Shown: in pieces, positions 58,005 through 64,000 of the stretch | How positions within the stretch are numbered: the stretch's first letter is position 1 | Layout of the letters: every line of letters starts with the position of its first letter | Origin: an uncultured Actinomycetes bacterium | Lineage (GTDB): Bacteria; Actinomycetota; Thermoleophilia; UBA2241 | DNA: 64,000 nt | NCBI GenBank assembly: GCA_963767005.1 | Contig: CAVYCN010000011.1 | Coordinates: 32,001 to 96,000, forward strand | Reading direction: 5' to 3' | Program-made: the position numbers and the translations under genes | Notes under the pieces: model-generated | What the model was told of the DNA's origin: nothing | Database searches by the model: none | The model's input: only the letters and a program-made list of their open reading frames with translations

Positions 58005-60839
58005 TCAGTCGTTCAGGCCGAGGCGTTCCCTGTAGAGCAGCCCGGCTCGGCGCCGGTCGGCGACCGAGAGCTTTGTGAGGATGCGGTGGACGTGGGTCTT
58101 GACCGTGCCGGGCGACAGCACGAGGGCGGCGGCGATGTCGTCGTTGCTCTCGCCCGCCGAAAGCAGGGCGAGGATCTCCAGCTCGCGTGGCGTGAGCTCC
58201 GGAAACCGGTCCGAATCGCCTTGATCGGCGGCCGCCAGACCGGCCGCGAGGCGTCGGACCTCGGCCGACGGGTGACGGCGCGCCCGGGCGGCCAGGAGGG
58301 CGAGTTGAACGACGTCCAGTCCCGCCGAACACGAGAGCGCCTGCAGCGCCACCTCTTCCCGGGCCAGCGCGAGCGAAAGCAGCCGCCCACCGTCGACGTG
58401 TCGCGCCAGGGCGCCGAGCACGGCCGCGGTGAGCCCGGCGTCGTCTTCGGTCATGAGGTAGTCGCGCAGGACGTCGCGCCGCAGCGAGAGCTCCCATAGG
58501 ACGAAGTTGCGGTGGCCGAGATCGAGGAGGGCGCGAAGAGCTCGACCGAGCTGCGCTGCCGGCGGCTCACCGGGCTGCGCGTGCCCCCCGGCCGGCCGCT
58601 CCGCGGCCTGGGGACGCCCCCACTCCAGTAGCGCGGCGAAGACGCGTGCCTTGGCGCACTGGAACTGCAGACCATGCTCGCCGGCCTCGTCGGCCAGCCG
58701 GCGCAGGTCGATCGCTTCTCGTGCCGTGACGCCGTCGTCGACCTGGGCTGAGGCGAACGCCCGTCCGATGGCGGCGTTGAAGCGCTCGTAGCCGGCGGTG
58801 TCCGCGCAGGCCGTCTCGGCGCGCCGGTAGAACTCGAGCGACGAGGCGACGTCGCCGCTGCGCCGCAGAGTCGTGCCCAGGTGCAGGTCCACGTTGGCCG
58901 CAAGGACAGGGTCTGCCACGGCCGCGGCGGCCGCGGCGCATTCCCGCAGCAGTCCGAGCGCCTGCTTGAAGTCCCCCTGAGAGGCCAGCAGGAACGCCTT
59001 CGTATCGAGGAGATTGGGAAGCTGGACGGACGCCACGTGCCGTTCGCAGTGGGCCAACCCGGCTTCGATCGCCGCCGCGGCGGCGGGGTAGTCGGCGAGG
59101 TAGACGTGTAGCATGCCGAGCAGGCTCTGGAACCCCGCCAGCGACCGGGCCGGCATGAACTCAGCCACCGCGGCGGCCGCGAGTCTGCTGTCGGCGGCCG
59201 CCTTGGCCACCTCCCCCATGTCGACCAGTGCCGTGACTCGTGCCGCCCTCGCGAGGGCGAGCGCCGCAGGGTCGGCGCCGGCCTGGCGCTCGAGCGACTC
59301 CAGGGCTTCCTGCGCCTGGCCCCAGTCGAGCGCGTACACCGAGGAGAGCACCTGGAGCCGGAGCGCGTCGGCGAGCGGCTCGTCGTCGTGAGCCAGGCGA
59401 GCAGCGCTCGCCGACTCGGTCAGCATGGTCGCGTAGTCGGCCCGTCTGCAGGCGGCGATCGAGCAGATGGTGTGGGCCACGAAAGCCGCCGGCTCATCGC
59501 CGCAAGCGGCGAAGTCGTCGGCGGCGGCCGCGATCTCCGACGAAGGCATGGGCGACTCCGCCAGCCGGCTCGCGATCTCTCCGCGCACCACCGCCAGCCA
59601 GCTTCCGTAGGCGGGGCCGGCCACATCGAGCGCCAAAGCGAGCCGTTCGAGGAGGGGCCGGCCGCACACGAACAGGGCGCGCCCCCACGTCTGGCGGATG
59701 AGCCCCAGGACCCCGGCGAGGTCGCCGGCGTCGAGCGAGGCGGCCACGGCGAGCTGATGCTCACCCTCGGCCGCGAGCGCGGCCGCCGTCGCCGTCATCA
59801 GCTCGCGCAGGGCCGCCTCCCCGCCGCGCATCCGCACCCGGTCGCGCAGATACCTGGCGAAGAGATCGTGGTACTGGTAGCTCTCGCGACGCTCATCGGA
59901 CGCGATGAAGACCCCGTCGTCGACCAGTTCGTCCAGGATACGCTTGGACCCGGTCCCACCCCTGAGACGGTCGGCGATACCGGGGGTGACGTGGCGCAGG
60001 CAGCAGGTACGCTCGAGCAGCAGCACCGCCGGCGCCGGAAGGCGCCGCACGACCTCTTCCGTCAGATAGTCGTAGACATCGGATGTCGTCGCGCTGAGGA
60101 CGGCGTCGTCGACGGCGCGCACGGCGCCGGTCAGTCCGGCCAGCTTGCCGGCGAGCACGACACCGGCGGCCCAGCCGTCGGTCGATTCCAGCAGAAGGTC
60201 GAGGTCTTCGGCGGAGGGCCCGGAGCCAAGGGCCTGAAGCGCGGCTTCGGCCTGCCGCCGCGTGAAGCGCAGGTCGACGGGACCCAGGACGCGCAGGTCG
60301 TCCGCGGCGCGCAGCTTCCCCGTGGAGAACCCGGGTCGCGAACGGCTGGCCAGGATGAGGTGGGCCCGCGGTGGGAGATCGAGCAGCAGGAGGTCGATGA
60401 GCTCGTTGACGTCGGCGCGATCGGCCACCTCGTGATAGTCGTCGAGGACAAGGTACACGTCGTGCCGGCCGATGCTCTCGAGCTCCTTGAGAAAGCCGGC
60501 GGCAAGGCGGGTCGGGGGCGCCGGCTCCTCGCCCGAGAGCAGCGCGCGCAGCGATGCTCCGAACGAGGGAGCCATCCGTCGCAACGACTCGGTCAACCCG
60601 GCGACGAGCGCGACGGGGTCGGCGTCGAGGGCGTCGAAGCGATACCACGCGTGCTCCCAGCCCAGCCGTCGTGCCGCCTCGGCGAGCAGCGTCGTCTTGC
60701 CGTAGCCGGCCGGCGCCCGCACGTACAGGACCTTGGCGCGGGCGCCCTCCTCGACGGCCTTCATCTGGCCGCGGCGCACGACGGCGTGCGCCAGTCTCGG
60801 CGGCACCAGCTTGGCGGCAAGCACGGTCGGCAGTGGCAT
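58005..60839 (-). CDS. MalT-like large ATP-binding LuxR regulator
   Basis: KLVPP, APAGYGKTT, LVLDDYH, TDGWAAG and C-terminal LuxR HTH. Confidence 0.92.
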   Translation of the reverse strand: MPLPTVLAAKLVPPRLAHAVVRRGQMKAVEEGARAKVLYVRAPAGYGKTTLLAEAARRLGWEHAWYRFDALDADPVALVAGLTESLRRMAPSFGASLRALLSGEEPAPPTRLAAGFLKELESIGRHDVYLVLDDYHEVADRADVNELIDLLLLDLPPRAHLILASRSRPGFSTGKLRAADDLRVLGPVDLRFTRRQAEAALQALGSGPSAEDLDLLLESTDGWAAGVVLAGKLAGLTGAVRAVDDAVLSATTSDVYDYLTEEVVRRLPAPAVLLLERTCCLRHVTPGIADRLRGGTGSKRILDELVDDGVFIASDERRESYQYHDLFARYLRDRVRMRGGEAALRELMTATAAALAAEGEHQLAVAASLDAGDLAGVLGLIRQTWGRALFVCGRPLLERLALALDVAGPAYGSWLAVVRGEIASRLAESPMPSSEIAAAADDFAACGDEPAAFVAHTICSIAACRRADYATMLTESASAARLAHDDEPLADALRLQVLSSVYALDWGQAQEALESLERQAGADPAALALARAARVTALVDMGEVAKAAADSRLAAAAVAEFMPARSLAGFQSLLGMLHVYLADYPAAAAAIEAGLAHCERHVASVQLPNLLDTKAFLLASQGDFKQALGLLRECAAAAAAVADPVLAANVDLHLGTTLRRSGDVASSLEFYRRAETACADTAGYERFNAAIGRAFASAQVDDGVTAREAIDLRRLADEAGEHGLQFQCAKARVFAALLEWGRPQAAERPAGGHAQPGEPPAAQLGRALRALLDLGHRNFVLWELSLRRDVLRDYLMTEDDAGLTAAVLGALARHVDGGRLLSLALAREEVALQALSCSAGLDVVQLALLAARARRHPSAEVRRLAAGLAAADQGDSDRFPELTPRELEILALLSAGESNDDIAAALVLSPGTVKTHVHRILTKLSVADRRRAGLLYRERLGLND

Positions 60840-60893
60840 CGCGCGATCTGCTCTCCGGTCGACGAGTGCGCGGCCCACCCGCAGCCGCGGCGG

Positions 60894-62081
<1,188 letters not shown>

Positions 62082-62128
62082 GCCAGCCTCCTAGTGTCGA
62101 CGGCCGCGCGCCGGCCGCCACGAACCCA

Positions 62129-62980
62129 TCATTTGCCCATGCCGAGGGTCAGGCCCCTGATCAGGTACCGCTGGAAGATTAGGTACACAACGATCGCGGG
62201 CAGGGCCGACAGGAACGAGCCGCCGAGCAGCGCCGGGATGCTCGTCGTGCGCCCCGCGGCGATGGCGGCGAGACCGACCGTGATCGTGCGCTGCTGCGGG
62301 TTCTGCAGAAAGAGCAGGCCCACGAGCAGGTCGTCCCAGATCTGGATGAACTGCAGCACGGCGACGGTCGCCATGGCCGGCACCGACAGCGGGATGGCGA
62401 TCCGCAGGAAGGTGCGGAAGTAGCCGAGCCCGTCGATCACCGCCGCCTCGATCAGCTCGTTCGAGATGCCGCGGTAGTGGGTCGCCATGAGGAACGTGGC
62501 GAAGGGCGTGCCGAGCGCCGCGTACACGAGGATGGCGCCGAAGTAGCTGTTGACCAGGCCGAAGCGACCCAGGTTGACGTACTCGGGGATGATGATCGAC
62601 TGCAGCGGCACCATCATGGCCGCGACGACGCCCAAGAAGATGAGCTCGCTGCCCCGGTAGCGCAGCTTGGCGAAGGCGAAGCCCGCGGTCGTGCTCACGA
62701 ACAGGATGATGAGGATGGCGACGAGGCAGATCAGCGTCGAGTTGAGCAGCTCGCGGGCGACCGGCAGGTCGGCGAACAGCCGCGACCAGCTCGCCGCCGA
62801 GTGCCCGCTCTGCTGATCGAACTGGGGCGCCGTGCGAAAGGCGTTGTTGAGCATGTAGTAGAAGGGGTAGAGCATGACGATCGCCACGACGACCATGAGC
62901 ACGAAGAGCGCCACGCGTGACGCCTTGCGGCGGGCCCGGGCGCCGCTCATGGCGGGACGCGCTGTCGTGTCGAGTGTCAC
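62129..62980 (-). CDS. carbohydrate ABC permease (MalG-like)
   Basis: AGFAFAK and ELIEAAVIDG; GTGA overlap with the upstream permease. Confidence 0.92.
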   Translation of the reverse strand: MTLDTTARPAMSGARARRKASRVALFVLMVVVAIVMLYPFYYMLNNAFRTAPQFDQQSGHSAASWSRLFADLPVARELLNSTLICLVAILIILFVSTTAGFAFAKLRYRGSELIFLGVVAAMMVPLQSIIIPEYVNLGRFGLVNSYFGAILVYAALGTPFATFLMATHYRGISNELIEAAVIDGLGYFRTFLRIAIPLSVPAMATVAVLQFIQIWDDLLVGLLFLQNPQQRTITVGLAAIAAGRTTSIPALLGGSFLSALPAIVVYLIFQRYLIRGLTLGMGK

Positions 62981-63918
62981 CAGCCGCCCTCGTCGTCGGG
63001 CCTGATCACCTTGAGCTGCACCAGGCCGACCGCCAGCATGACCACGAACAGGATGATGCCGTAGAGCGCGGCGGTGCCGAACTGGCCGAGCGAGAAGGCC
63101 GACTGGTACACGAAGAACTCGAGGGTGGTCGTGCCGTAACCCGGGCCGCCGTTCGTCATCACGAAGATCAGGCTGAAGAGCGCCGAGAAGGCGCTGATCA
63201 CCGTGATCACGAACGAGAACTGCACGAAGCGCTTGAGCAGCGGCAGCGTCACGTGAAAGAAGACCTGGCGGCTGTTCAGGCCGTCGACCCGGGCCGCCTC
63301 GATGAGCGACGGGTCGAGCGTCGCCATGCCGGTCAGGAAGATGATCGTGTTGGTGCCCACCATCGACCAGACGAACGTCACGGCGAGCGCGAGCAGCGCC
63401 GTGCGCTGGCCCGACAGGAAGTCGGTCTTGATCGAGCCCAGGCCGATGTCGGCAAGCAGCGAGTTCAGCAGGCCGTTCAGGGCGAAGAACTGCACGGCGA
63501 CGACGCCGATCACGACCCACGAGATGGCGGTCGGCAGAAAGTAGACCGAGCGAAAGACGCGCCAGCCGCGGACGTGCTCGTTCAGCAGCGTGGCGATGAT
63601 GAGCGGGATGCCGATCGCGAACGGCACCGCCAGCAGCAGCAGGGCGTTGTTCTCGACGACGCGCCAGAAGGTCGGGTCGCGCAGGACGGTGACGTAGGCG
63701 TGCGGCCCGATCCAGGTCGAGGTGATGCCGTTCCAGTCCGTCATCGAGTAGTAGACGGCCTGGCCGATCGGGATCACGAGCAGGCCGACGACCACGGCGA
63801 CCGCCGGGATCGACATCAGGATGCCGGCCCGGCGCCGGCGGCGGGCGAGAGGGCTCGCTCGCCGACGGCGACCGAGACCGGCCGGTGAGCCCGACGCGCG
63901 TGCGGCTTCTACCGACAC
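62977..63918 (-). CDS. carbohydrate ABC permease (MalF-like)
   Basis: SLIEAARVDG and GGPGYGTTT. Confidence 0.92.
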   Translation of the reverse strand: MSVEAARASGSPAGLGRRRRASPLARRRRRAGILMSIPAVAVVVGLLVIPIGQAVYYSMTDWNGITSTWIGPHAYVTVLRDPTFWRVVENNALLLLAVPFAIGIPLIIATLLNEHVRGWRVFRSVYFLPTAISWVVIGVVAVQFFALNGLLNSLLADIGLGSIKTDFLSGQRTALLALAVTFVWSMVGTNTIIFLTGMATLDPSLIEAARVDGLNSRQVFFHVTLPLLKRFVQFSFVITVISAFSALFSLIFVMTNGGPGYGTTTLEFFVYQSAFSLGQFGTAALYGIILFVVMLAVGLVQLKVIRPDDEGGW

Positions 63919-63951
63919 TCTCTTGCTACCACCTGTTCTCGTGTCTGCGGG

Positions 63952-63996
63952 ACGGTCCGCCGCGGCGGCTCCGCAGGAGCCGCCGCGACGGACCGT
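63952..63996. other. intergenic hairpin upstream of the permease
   Basis: acggtccg-c-cgcggcggctcc-gca-ggagccgccgcg-a-cggaccgt. Confidence 0.6.
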
Positions 63997-64000
63997 GGAC

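Overview
A very GC-rich, gene-dense bacterial window, probably from an anaerobic or facultative actinobacterium (Thermoleophilia-like; inferred from ECF/ZAS sigma, DUF2510/DUF4389, GAP family, IorAB and DUF2284, not proven). It is dominated by amine, amino-acid and aromatic catabolism and transport genes. The standout is a locus at 42.8-49.7 kb that the ORF track breaks into fragments. It encodes a trimethylamine methyltransferase MttB (44409-45878) and a dimethylamine methyltransferase MtbB (48221-49618), each with one in-frame TAG at the conserved pyrrolysine position. It also holds a pyrrolysine-free MttB paralog, an APC permease and a TetR regulator. Both amber genes have TTGACA promoters followed by an identical 22-bp operator. 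About 19 ordinary genes in the window still stop at TAG, which suggests conditional or ambiguous pyrrolysine decoding. No pylTSBCD or corrinoid-protein genes are visible in the window. Other points of note are a structured leader upstream of a pilin gene, a leaderless leader peptide, several apparent non-canonical start codons and two frameshifted genes. No CRISPR array, rRNA, tRNA or transposase was found.
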